From assembly GCA_013239625.1 (NCBI GenBank), contig MU053652.1:248001-312000 (forward strand): 64,000 nucleotides of DNA, written 5' to 3'. The notes beneath the pieces were generated by a model, which searched no databases, was not told the DNA's origin, and was given only the letters and a program-made list of their open reading frames with translations. Of this stretch, positions 52,276 to 64,000 are shown in pieces (the first letter of the stretch is position 1; every line of letters starts with the position of its first letter). The translations under genes were made by a program, and so were the position numbers. The DNA is from Lama guanicoe. Taxonomy: Eukaryota.

Positions 52276-52889
52276 TAAGTTAGCTATAGGTACCATCTTG
52301 ATATACCATGATTAGGAGAACAAACATTTTATTAAAAATAAAATTTAATTAAGAGTGAAAGCTACTTTATATAATTTGTGAAGTAATACGTGAATTAAGC
52401 CAGATATGGAAAACTTGAGTTAGTCCAATGCCCACCTTAGACAGGTTGGGAACACACACTATTATTACAACGAGGATATAAGAGTTCACGTGCTGTGTCT
52501 CCTTGCTTTGAATGGCGGCACTGACAACACCAGCCTGAAGCTATTCTCTTGTCTCTAGTTTCTGGGCTCTGACACATCAGACATTCCTAATGCCATCTTT
52601 CTACCCCAAATTTCATGTGAACACACCTACTTCAGAAAAGTCTTGCACACTTATTTGCAGTTTAAACCTTCAAAACAATGTAATAAGGAATCTTCAAATT
52701 TTTGAAAATTAAGAATTATTAAGTATGTATTTTTTTTAAAAAGTCCTTCAACTGTTGCTTCAGAAGGTTTTCTAGAACAACATTTCTAAGCTGGCACTGA
52801 ATGCCACTGCACTTGAGAAACCAATAATGGGCCCTAATATGGTCTGTTATGTAGACACTGAAACCAAGCCATATAAAGTATGACATTAC

Positions 52890-53033
52890 CTTATTATCCT
52901 CCAGGTTGATCACCTCCAAGAAGTCATGATTCTCTAACCCTTGGAGGCTACTGATCCGATTGTGGGACAGATCCAGGATCTGCAGGGCTCTTAGGTCATC
53001 CAAACCTGTGATCTTCTCAATCTGGTTATTGCT
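52890..53033 (-). CDS. LRGUK: LRGUK internal coding exon (probably exon 7), LRRs: SNNQIEKITGLDDLRALQILDLSHNRISSLQGLENHDFLEVINLEDNK
   Basis: 144 bp, phase 0/0. Acceptor tttttAG at 53034-53035, donor GTAATG at 52884-52889. Overlaps ORF 52719..53003. 22-aa SDS22-like LRR spacing. Confidence 0.96.
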
Positions 53034-53499
53034 CTAAAAATTGATAAAATACACTTAATGTCCTGAAGTCCTCTCATAGAGAGAAGTGTAATGGCAAGTT
53101 TTCATTTGGATAGTGCCCCAAACCTCTTAGAATCAGTAAGACATTCTTGTCTCTCCTCTCGTTCCCATCATTCACCTCCTTAAACACACACACACACACA
53201 CACACATCCCAGAAAGAAATCCCACTTCTTCAGCTGGGAGACTCAGAGCATAATAGTTTCGCTAGAGGTAAAGCAGATGGACGTCTGAATCAATAGGAAA
53301 GACAAAGGCTATGTAGTATAAGCTTCTGTCACTGCTAACCTCAAGCCTAATGGCAGCCTAGCTCTATGCTAACCTTCAGAGATGTAAATTTAATGCAATT
53401 CTTTCATCGCCATCACAAAAAACCACTTGAATATTATAACTGCTACATATATTTGGTTTTCAGAAATATTCTGAATATAATCACTTCCTATCATGGAGG

Positions 53500-53960
53500 C
53501 TGTGGTGGTGTGATACAGGCCTCCACCTATTCATGCTCTTGTACAGTTCCTCCTCTTGAATCCAAGCTGGACCTAAGATTCGCCTTAACCAAAAGAATAT
53601 GGTGAAAGTGTTGCAGTTCCAAATCTAAGACTTAAGAAGGCCTAACAGTGTCCCCTCTTGTTCTTGGAGGCCTGAGCTGTTGTGTAAGAACTCTAGCTCT
53701 TTTGTGGGAGAGAATTTGTGGACAGGTCACATGAAGAGGAGCCCTGAGACCAAATAGAGAGGAGAAACCCAGCTGTTCCAGCGTCCCAGCTGAGCCCAGC
53801 TCCCAGACAATCTGCAAGCTGAACATAGCAAGACCAGTGGAACCACCCAACTGACCCCAGCTCAGATTACAGAACTGCTGGCTAATAAATGGTTAAGTAA
53901 TGAAATTTCTCCACACCACTACACTTGGGGTGGCATGTTATGCAACAATAGGTAACTAAA
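53500..53960 (+). mobile_element. MaLR LTR relic (MLT1-type)
   Basis: tgtggtgg start, cccagctgagcccagc core, and ctaataaatggtt...ttggggtggcatgttatgcaacaataggtaact end, typical of MLT1. Confidence 0.75.
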
Positions 53961-56900
53961 TTCTTCAATAATTTGCATATAAGCATCTTCTCAGACAATA
54001 ACCATAAAACAAAGAAATAAGACTTAAATGTTGTTCTCTTTCCTAGCTCCCATGTACACATAACAGCAAATTATAGTGATAATAATAATTTGCATTTTCT
54101 TGTACTTTTCCAACAGATTCAAAATTCCTTGGCTTCATTAGCCTTTGAGCTATAAGAATATGCCATAGTAAAAGTAAACTTTGAGTTAAGAATCACAGTA
54201 ATTTTGGTTTCAATTAACACCACGTTATACCCATCCTTAAACTTTTAAAACTTTTACTGAGCACTTTAGAACTAAAAGATGAAATTATAGTATTCTCTAC
54301 CATCTATCATTTTTTTCCTGGTACATGTTTTTCAATATATTTAATAGTAAGAGCTCATTTTCACGCAATTTTCATAAGATTTCACTTCAATAATGAGCAA
54401 GATTTATGTTCATCAGTATAATTCTATGGCTGTTGAAAATATATTAATAGAATGTTGATAATCTATAAAGCTGAATGATAGTACATGGGGGCTCATTAAA
54501 CTACTCCCTTTATCTTTAAATATGTCTGAAAAATTCCATAATAAGAAGGAAAAATACTCATAACCCAACTGGCCTAAGTCAAATTTTCTACTGTTCAAAG
54601 AAGTTCTAGAAAATGGAATAGAAACGGGAAAGAAAAAACGACACTAACCTGAACATAATATCCATATTAATTCAACTTAGTGAAATAAGACCTCAATATT
54701 CTATTTAAAATATGCACACATATCAAATTTATATATAATACACTTCTCCCAAAGAAATCTGAAGTGCTGTAGATGTGGAAGATAACCTGTAATTCTTCTT
54801 TAGAGGGTCTCTGATGGCTTTCAAAATGGCAAGCAGAGTGAGGCATAGAAAAGTTTAATTACATAGCCTATGGTCATAAAAGAAAGCAGAATTGAGAGAC
54901 CTTCAGAATCAGAATTTCTGAGTTGAAAGTCATCTCGTCAAACCCTAAAGTGATACATCGCTCGTCAAAGTGCACATCTAGTTTCTGCACGAACAGTTCT
55001 TCTAGCTTGTTTTAGCATGATTAGCAGGGGAAAGGGGGCCTTCAGAGAGAAACTATTTTATTAAATAAACGAAATGAGAAATATCCTTATTTTCCCATGG
55101 AGGGGGCACAAATGGCTTTTACTAAGACAAAATGATTTTTAAAGTTTGGAACGTATTGTCCTTACTTGCAAAAGGTTGACACAACAGGCCACAAGTGATG
55201 AACATATTTCCCCCTAACATTTATCATGAAAGCTGATGGGAGAGCATTAACAATCGGTTTGTATAGTTATTGTATTTGCATTGTTATTTTTTCTCTAAAT
55301 TTCAAAATGAATTATTTTCAACAGCAAACCAATTGGTTTACCGAGTCTACAAATTTAAAAAATAAAATAATTAAAAACTGTTGAAACAATTGTCATTTTA
55401 TATTTTATGTATTGTATTTAATATATGGAAAAGAAAGCCTTCCCATGCTCAAAAATTTTTAAGGAAAATGAATGAGGTATTTTCTAGTTCACCTTGGGTG
55501 ATGTGGGTGGGGAATGGGAACAATCCACCTAATCTACTTGTAGGAAAAATAAGTCTTTGATGCTTTTTCTAAAAGCTTCTTGAGACGGAACTGTCAGGAC
55601 AGATTACGTATTTAGTTATTGAAGCAAAGTCTTAGGATGAAGGTGCTATGTGTTGTTATTCTTAATAATGAGCTCAGCTCTCGTTCCCTCAGGCACACCC
55701 CCACATCTCTTTCCAGATATCATGCTCCACTTAAAAGTTAACAGGAACGCCAATACAAAGAGATACAAAAGGAAAAGGATAAGGTTCTAACAAGCTACTG
55801 AATGTACTGCCAATAATCCTCCAAGTTATTATAATTTTAAAATGTGACTTTCTTTTATAATTTTTTAATTTGCAATCCAACTTACCGAATTCATTTTCAT
55901 TTACGCTTTGCTAACATGCCTTAATGGGCAGAAAGTATGAAACCTCAGGGGAATTATTAAACCTTTCCATACTTGTTTCCAACCTTGGTACTGGGAACCA
56001 GTCCTTCACCGTCACCTAACTCACTGTAAAGAGTGAAGGGTCTTGAAAAGGCACTTTAGGCTCCAAGCTCAGGGAGAGAAAAATTAACACATAGCAGCCA
56101 ACTTTCAGCTGTCTGGTTAAGTAAGACAGAATAGTACACTGAATACATCAAAAATCAGCAGATAACCCAAGACGTCAGTTCAAACAACAGTTTAACACTC
56201 TGCTGTGGGGTAGTTCACACAAGAAATTAATGAGCTACTAGACTCATGGCTTAAAATTCCCCTTGTGATAGAAATAATAAAGCCATCCAAGGGTAGGTAA
56301 TAAGTGAGAGGAGGGAGGTGAGGAGGAAGAAAGAAACCTAGATAATCTACACACTATGTTATCAGCCCCCAAATTAGTGAGCTAGACTGTTACTTCAAAA
56401 ATACTGTATCTCTGGAACTATGATGATCCTGCCGATTTTTAAATAAATTGTATTTTCATTCAGTCACAGTCATATAGAGTGTCACAGTTTAAGAAGAGTG
56501 CTTTCTATGGGAAAAATTAAAATTTTTAACATTCTGATTGGACTCATTCACTTATTCTCAGCACTAACTCTCGTTTTCTAGAATGGGAGATGAGCATATA
56601 GTGATGTTAAAGGACTGCCAAAATTTCAGTGCCCAGTGATTCATTTGAGAGCAATGAAGTGTTAACTGCAATAGATATTACGCTCAAATATGTCTAAGTG
56701 CTATTTCATCAATAAGACATTATAAATATACTTTAAACAGTGATTAAAAGTATGCCTTTCTTACTCAGTGTTAAAGTTGATCTTTTAAAAAATGGAATTT
56801 GTATGCCAAATTAGAAAATCATTTTACTTTAGCATCAAATATTCATCACATGCACGCACACAGCACACAAGTTACAGAAAGGAGCAAACAACATGGAAGA

Positions 56901-57021
56901 CAATGACGTTTCATGAAGGAGTTAGCTCTTCATAAAATTTAAAAATCCTAATTATCATTCATATATTTACTAAGACATTAACACGTACTCCTATAAAGAA
57001 TACCATTTTTGTGAGACTCAC

Positions 57022-57146
57022 CAGGGAAAGTATTTTGATCGGCAGCATGCCTAAACCACCGATGGCTGTGAGCTTGTTCCTGGCCAGGCTGAGGTGGGTG
57101 AGGCTGCTGCACTGATCTAGCCCACTGATGTGGGTTATCTCGTTGC
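57022..57146 (-). CDS. LRGUK: LRGUK internal coding exon (probably exon 6), LRR region: (G)NEITHISGLDQCSSLTHLSLARNKLTAIGGLGMLPIKILSL
   Basis: 125 bp, phase 1 to 0. Acceptor ..tccAG at 57147-57148, donor GTGAGT at 57016-57021. Manual translation gives LxxLxLxxN LRRs matching recalled LRGUK (GNEIEEISGLEMCNNLIHLSLANNKI...LPIKILCL). Joins in frame to the next exon. Confidence 0.93.
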
Positions 57147-60100
57147 CTGGACACCACAGCGATGTTTAAGGAAAATGTTATCAGCAACATTTTGAAGAAT
57201 AAAAGAATCAGTATCCAATCATCATTAGAAAAACCAGACAACGGCATACATTTAAAAAGTACTTACTACCCAGTATAGGATGAACGCTAAATCTTAAAAT
57301 TTATTTTATCATATAGAAGTTAATACTAGCACATTTAAAATTCATTTTTTAAAAAGGCATAGCTTTGGAGTGTGCTCGGATGCATTTGTATTCATATGTG
57401 ACTCATTTAATTGGTGAGGAAAAATATTTCAGAGTGATTCAAAGCTGCCTCCTTGGCAGTGTTCCTTCCTTGGTTCCTTAATGGTCTCCATGAGACGGTC
57501 CTGTGCTTTCCCACAGGCAGAACTTCTGAAGACAGGGTCGCCCTGGAAAGGCACAGGCACCCAGCTTTCTCATCCCCCTAAGCAGGGAAAGAGGCTGGGA
57601 GACGGCAGGTGCAGAAAATGGGTGAGGCCGAGAGGAACAGCCTTTTCTTCTATCTATACTGGCTTCTCTCTTTAAAATATTTGAGGCTTAAACTCAGCCT
57701 TCATTTCCTCACCTGTTGATTAAGTTTCTAGTCATTTTTAAATTGAACTTCTAACCTTTTGTGTTCCATTCTTACAGTCACCTAAAACTGCAAACTCAAA
57801 GTCGCCAAGTCTACTTACCTCTCTCTGTCCTCAATCTCTTTGGCCAATTTCCCCACAAAAGCTCAGTTTTCCCTCCCAAGTAGGATTAGACATCACCATT
57901 CTCTCAGCCACTTGTAATCCTCAGGGCATCCAATCAATCACCAAGACCGGACATCTTTTGCTTTAAAACAGCTCTTCAATGACACCCTTCCTTTTCATTC
58001 ACTCCTCTGCCAACTTAATTCAGCTTGGGTACCAATGGGCACCTCTAACATCCATTTCTTCCTGCCCTCGAGCCCACCTGACCCACTGTAGTCAGCTTAA
58101 TTTTTTTTCCCAAAATATTCAATGGATATCATGCTTTGGTTAAAAACATTCTCACAGGACAACTTTCAAATTCTTCACTCTGGCATTTAAGGCCCATCAG
58201 TTTAAGCAAAAGCAAAACTGACTTACGCAATATCACCCCCATTACAATCCAGGGAGAATTCTCCAATTCTGTCAGGTCAGTCTTCTCAATAGTTCCGGAA
58301 TATCCCAACGACTTTCAGACTTGGCACTGTGTCTTTTTTTCATACTGCTTTTCTATTTCTTTCTAAACCCTGCCCATTCTTCAGGACTTAACTCAAATTC
58401 CACATGTTAAAGCTTGCTTTCTTTCTTTTTTTTAACGTTCACATTAAAGCAACACCTTAAGTATTTCTTTTTGACAAATCAACTCACTTCCTTATTTCTA
58501 TTACATTTTAATTACATATGTACAAATGACAGACTAGCAGAATATATCTGCAACATAGACAGTACACAAGGAATTACTATCTAGAAAACAAAGAATGACA
58601 ATAACCCAACAGAAAATGGAGAAAGAACACATCCAAGAAATTCCCAGAAGAGCAAATCCAAGTGGCCAACATGATAAACACATGAAAAGACATTCTGCCT
58701 CAGCTGTAGTCAGGAGAAAGCAAAGCGAGATGCCATTCTTCCACCTGTCAGTTTGGCAAACATTTCAGAGCTTTTGAAGAACAGACTCTCTCCTACTACT
58801 GGGTGAGAGGGTTCACTATGATACAGTCACTTCAGAGGCAATTTGGCAGTGTCTGTTATAACTGTGAATATCACAGCAATTCCGATTCTTGGCATCCACT
58901 CTAGACAAGCTATTTCTTCCTCAAACTTTTTCTGGTCAACTTGTGACACCCCATCTATCTCCTTCCATTAATCACAGAATCAACAATTTTTTTTTAAGAA
59001 AAAGGAAGGGATCACAAGTATCACAAAGTCATACATTTTGTCTCATAATTATTTGTAGTTATCCTAATTTTACTACTTGCTACTTACGTGACATAATCTC
59101 TTTCTGCTCAGATTTTTCATCTGTAAAGTGGGGATGATATCAGTTGCCATGAAGGCCAAAAGTTAGATCATGAGAAAAAATTTTTTAAATGATTGTGAAT
59201 GAGTTGCACAAAACATAAAGTACCTCATAATTACAGAGGCATTGTTATCATTACTAAGTTACAAGCACATGAGGCTAACCACATCCTCCACTTCTTGGCC
59301 AATAACATAAAATGGAAGATGCAAGGCCAGGATTGATTTTGAGAAGACCCAGGCCAGAGAAAGAGGTTATTAGGAAACTAGCAGCAATGATGAGAAAACA
59401 CTGCCAAATGAACCAGAAATTCCTAGAAATTTCTAGATTTTCCTCACTGGTTCCAGATTCAATCCTTGGGCTGAAGCTCAGTTCCGCTTGTCATCAATAT
59501 GCATTTCAAAACCACTTTCATTAAGCTTCCTGCCAGAACAGCACTACAAATAGAGCGGTACCACTTACCCCCACAAACATGGTCCTTCTTTCTGCTTCCA
59601 TTTTCACTGGGCTATTTCTAAACCATCATTCTGGAACTAGAACAAAGACTAGATCTTTGTAGACACAGATTGTAAGGAAGGATGTGAAATATAGGAAACA
59701 GGAGCTTAAACTCTCACACAGATATAGATGGAATAAAACATTCTTGGAGTGGCAACCTCAGGTTAAAAAAAAAATAAGCATGGAAAACTTCAAATGCCCA
59801 TCTGTCTCAGTCTAGCAGAGGAAGTAACAGTCTTTTAAGTCCTCTTTCAGGGCCACTAGTGTCTTGGCAGCTCCACTTCAACCAAAATCAAGACACACTG
59901 AATTACGAAGGAGAGTAAAACAAATTACGGGTGGCTGAGTCAGGAAGCATTCCCACGGGACACAAGAGGGGCTAGAAAACAGGAATCCTGAACCCGCCAA
60001 GAGATAATGGGACCTGAAATGGGAAAGGCTGTTGACTGCGTATACAGCAATTTTCCAAGACACCAGAGGCAGTTCCCTTGGTGCATCCGGCCCACTCTCT

Positions 60101-60354
60101 AGCTTTGACTAGCAGGACAAGACACGGCTTATGACATTAGTGCTGCAAGGGCCAACAGTTGGAGGGATACAGATGCCTCACTGCAGCCGGGGCCATGGCT
60201 TCTGCAGCTGCCACTGCGGTCGCTCACAGCACTGGGCAAAGGGTGAGGGTTGATGGAACATCTCTGTTGAGAAATCTGTTCATTTCACAAAAATTGTCTC
60301 CTGTTTCCCAACTCTTCACTTTGAATTTCAAGGAATTTCAGACACAGTAAGTTA

Positions 60355-60563
60355 CAACTGGCCCTTGAAAAACATGGGTGTGAACTGGATGGGTTCATGT
60401 ATGCTTGGATTTTTTTCACTCAATACACAGTACGGTAGTACATCATCTGAGGTTGCTTCCGCTGATGCAGAGCTGTGGATGCAAAAGACTCAAAGTAATG
60501 CGTAGATATTCGACTGCTCTGGGGTCGGTCCCCTAACCCTTGCTATTATTCAAGGGTCAATTG
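60355..60563. mobile_element. Tigger-family MITE (MER8-like)
   Basis: Terminal inverted repeats caactggcccttgaa...ttcaagggtcaattg, preceded by TA. About 210 bp. Confidence 0.75.
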
Positions 60564-62127
60564 CAATCAGGCGCTTAAGTAAAGAATACTTTTAACAATG
60601 ATGTAGCACCTCCCCTTCTCCAATTCCTCCCACAGTCACATCAAATGTGACTACCAGCAATGACAATGGTCAATATGCAGGGCTGGCCCATCCAGAGCCC
60701 TAAATTCAGGAACATCTTTATCTTCTTCATCTCCCATTTTCTTATCTTAAGAACCTTGCCCTTCCTTTTAACATTATTCTTTCATGTTCTTTCATAGGTC
60801 TTGGGACTTTCTGATAAGAAGAAATATAATCAGATAAGTCACTAAACTATTACAATGAATTAGCTTACTGGGCTAATCCTCTTGGGTATATTTTAATTTT
60901 AAAAGGCCACTATCAAGAGAAAGAGACTCAGAGAACTCAAAATCATCATACTGCATTCCAACTCTAAAGTTTTTACGATTCTGCGAATAAATCTTTTACA
61001 GTGGAACTGAATGAAGGGACCCAAAGGCACATAAGCATAACTTTACAGCTAGAGAAAAGCGCAACAATATATTTTTACATTTTGGCGATGCTGTCAGCAG
61101 TTCACAGTGCCTGACATGAATTATTCACTAGTTCGGTATTTGCTCTTATTCATTTGTCTACAATCATAAAATATGGGCCGGGTGTATAGAAAACAGTTAC
61201 TAAGAAAAAAGTAGGAAATCCATCATAATTCTCTGAGTGGAAAGAACCACAATGATGGCTTTAATCAAAACCAGTCCTGAAAGATCTATATCACCTCACC
61301 AGTGAAAAATGTTCTTCAGTTTAGGGGTGAGTCTCTCTAAGAAATGAAACACGCATACTCTATAAATGGCTATGATAAAAGTAGTAATTATTCAATGAAT
61401 TGCAACATGGGGAAATCAATGGAATTCAAAAGACATAGTCTCAGTTCAACCATTTATCAAATAATCTCATGTCATGTCACATGTCATAGAACCTCCCTGG
61501 GTCTTGGGCTCTGATTCCATAAAATAACAGCAATACATGATCCTTAATTCCTGTCTGGATTTAAACATTCTATGAATCACTTTTTTTAAAAATTTCATGA
61601 TTCTATAATCATAGAATAAATTTTAATGAACAATTAGTCAATATTTTTTAGGTAAAGAATAAACTGCATCCTTTCTTAAGACCACACAACTACTTAACCT
61701 TGGCAAAGTTTACCATCTGTTGATTTGGGATGATTATCAATTGGTCATCAGTTGCCCACATACAGTAGGAAAAAATAGCATAAGATAAACTAAAAAGCGG
61801 ATATCTTATAGTCAACAATCTACTCTGAGGTTTTAACATAATCTACTACAATCACACTGTCAGCACTACAAGCTTAACTGATTTGTTCTTATTTTAAATA
61901 ATTATTTTTAATGATAATCACACTTTAATTTTATTTTACACAAAAGTGCACTTTTCCGTCCCTCAAATAGAGAAAACCCATATGCCCTGTAAGGAAAGCT
62001 TCAACAACTATAAAGTTTAAAAAGGATAATAGCCAAATTTCTAAAGCATTCTGAAAAGGACAAATGGACAGCATCAGATTAGAAAAGCATGACTCTCAGG
62101 TTATAACAGGGAGGACTGAGCAGCTTA

Positions 62128-62312
62128 GAGCTGTGGATCTCAAAGTGTGGTCTGCAGACCAGCAGTATCAGCACCACCTAGGAACCTGTTAGACATGCAA
62201 ATTTTCAGGTTCCACCCCAGACCTACTTAACCAGGAGCTCTGGAGGGTGGAGAGCAGCAACAGGTGTTCCAACAAGGCCTCCAGGGAATTCTGAGAGAGC
62301 TGAAATTTGAAG
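62128..62312. mobile_element. MER5A-like hAT-Charlie MITE
   Basis: tctcaaagtgtggtc...cagcagtatcagcaccacctaggaacctgttagacatgcaaatt...ccaccccagacctact matches the recalled MER5A consensus. Confidence 0.8.
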
Positions 62313-62624
62313 TTTGGTAAATAATTGCTTTCAAGCAAATGAATTTATCACTTCCAAATTAAAAAAAAATTTAATGGTCACAGGCACATCATTGGCCATA
62401 CGCAGCCTGCTTTTACTTCCCTGTAAAAATTTAATGAACACTCTTGAAAGCAGCACCACTCCCAGCCTAAGAAGGACATTAGCAATAACTTCTACCTACC
62501 TCTGCTCATCTCTCCTGTCACATCCTGATGTAGCCCTCTCACAGGTACCCCTATGCTGAACTGCCTGTTTCCTCCCCTCTCTTCCCTTTGGTTTTATACC
62601 TAAATTACATTTAGTTTTATTAAC

Positions 62625-63240
62625 AGTCAGCTTGACTGATGCATGGAGATATTTCATTCATTTTCACTGCTGGGTGGTAATGCTATTGTAGCAGTATACC
62701 ATGATCTAGTTATGCTTTCTCTCATCAAGGAACACTTGAGCTATTTCAATTTTTTGCTATTATGCTATTTTTTTGCTAAATATGTTGCTATGAGCATTCT
62801 CATACAAGCCTTCGGGTACACATACGCTAAACTTCCTGTAAATAAGAATCAAAGTGCTACATAACAGAAAATGTCTTATTGTTCCTTGTCTGGTTTGGAT
62901 ATCAAAGTAACTTCATTAGAATGAATTGTGAATATGCCTTCTATTTTTAATCTTTGAAAGAATGTGTTCATTATTGAAAGGTTTGTTCTTAAAAGTTTGG
63001 CTCCGGTGGGGTTTTTTGCATAAAGATTTTTAATTTAATTAATTTTAATTTGTAATGAATTACTTTTATGGGTACAGGACTACTCAGGGTTTCTATTTCC
63101 CAATCACCATTTTGGTGCATTACATTTTTCAAGGGATTTATCTATTTCACCTAACTTTTCAAATGTACTGGCATAAAAAGGCTGTTTAGAAATTCTTTTT
63201 TATCTTAAAGCTTTTTAGTCTTTTCAAAAATCTAATCTAA
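62625..63240 (-). mobile_element. Old LINE-1 fragments
   Basis: gctatgagcattctcatacaag, ctatttcacctaacttttcaaatgtactggcataaa and similar antisense L1M motifs. Confidence 0.55.
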
Positions 63241-63864
63241 TTACGTAATTACACACAATATGATACACTTGAAAAGAACAAAAGAAAGAGGCATAGTGAG
63301 AACCGGTTAAAAACCAGCCTACTATCTTTTCAAAATCGTAAGCTATCTAAGAAGTAGTTTATGAAGGGTAGCTTGTTCTGGATATTCATCTTTGCATTTT
63401 TTAAAAACACAGGTGAGGAAAGGTGCCAGGTTACATTCTAACTACATGGCCATGAATTTCAGTTGGTTCTGATGTAATGATTACAGCTTTTTATACTTTG
63501 GAGATAAGATGCAATTGCTCCAGCTCAAGTTAAAGAAGAAAACCACTCCGATTCCTTCCTCCATTGACATCTGCAAAATCATAACAGTTTAGCTTTTTAC
63601 ATGGAAAGAAAAATACATATAGAAATCAAGACTTTCATAATAGAAACGTTTTAAAGTACGTCTTCTGTTTTGAGTCCAAAATACTGTGGAGTTGTTTTCT
63701 CTGGCAATTCCACGCTGGACACAGAAGAATGTTTTTTCTGGGAGACAAAGCTTCAGGCTGTCATGTCACCATCCTCATACAGGGTTCCCTGAAGATTAGA
63801 AGGGGCTCTGGACACTCAAGCGCCTCTGGCTGGTTGGACTTCAGGGGGCCAGCTGACTTCTAGA

Positions 63865-64000
63865 CCTGTGCTTTTCAAGTTTTAATATGCACTCTCATCA
63901 CATGTGAGTCTGGTTAAAAATGCAGATTCTGGTTTCAGAGGTTGAGCGTAGAGTCCAAGAGTCTGCATTTCTAAGAAGTTCAAGGCAATGCTAACACTGC
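63865..64000. mobile_element. MER5A/B-like MITE, running off the window end
   Basis: ttaaaaatgcagattctggtttcag...gagtctgcatttctaagaagttc. Confidence 0.65.

Noticed and set aside
56978..57247. ORF-track 89-aa protein over the first exon
   Set aside because: Wrong frame. The LRR-coding frame is a different one, bounded by splice sites at 57146 and 57022.
1..64000. CRISPR array, operon, prokaryotic defence or other microbial system
   Set aside because: The sequence is intron-rich mammalian DNA with spliceosomal exons and eutherian repeats. There are no repeat-spacer arrays or gene-dense ORF clusters.

Overview
This is mammalian genomic DNA, probably from a camelid, judging by two tRNA-derived Vic-1-like SINEs and artiodactyl-type L1 tails (inference). 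The window appears to lie wholly inside one minus-strand gene, LRGUK (leucine-rich repeat and guanylate kinase domain containing; a sperm/cilium protein). Eleven internal coding exons splice in frame with canonical GT-AG ends and matching phases: 57022-57146, 52890-53033, 46117-46197, 44320-44406, 42989-43095, 38228-38347, 31528-31624, 27514-27627, 24546-24747, 23858-23953 and 5001-5140. These are probably exons 6-16 by recalled human numbering. They encode the distal SDS22-like LRRs, the LRR cap, the guanylate-kinase-like domain and the start of the canonical C-terminus. A 2-kb alternative terminal exon (15834-17875) also splices in frame from exon 23858-23953 and encodes a ~680-aa Pro/Gln/Ser-rich tail with a hidden ~33-aa degenerate repeat. 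The start codon and the canonical last exons are outside the window. Introns carry L1, L2, MIR, MaLR LTR and MER/Tigger relics, microsatellites, a near-perfect 204-bp tandem duplication, a 5'-inverted L1 and a tiny TSD-flanked poly(A) insertion. I found no prokaryote-type system and no convincing independent gene. The best leads are the alternative tail, a probable U12-type intron end and degenerate GK motifs. Gene and repeat names come from recall of the families, not from a database search.
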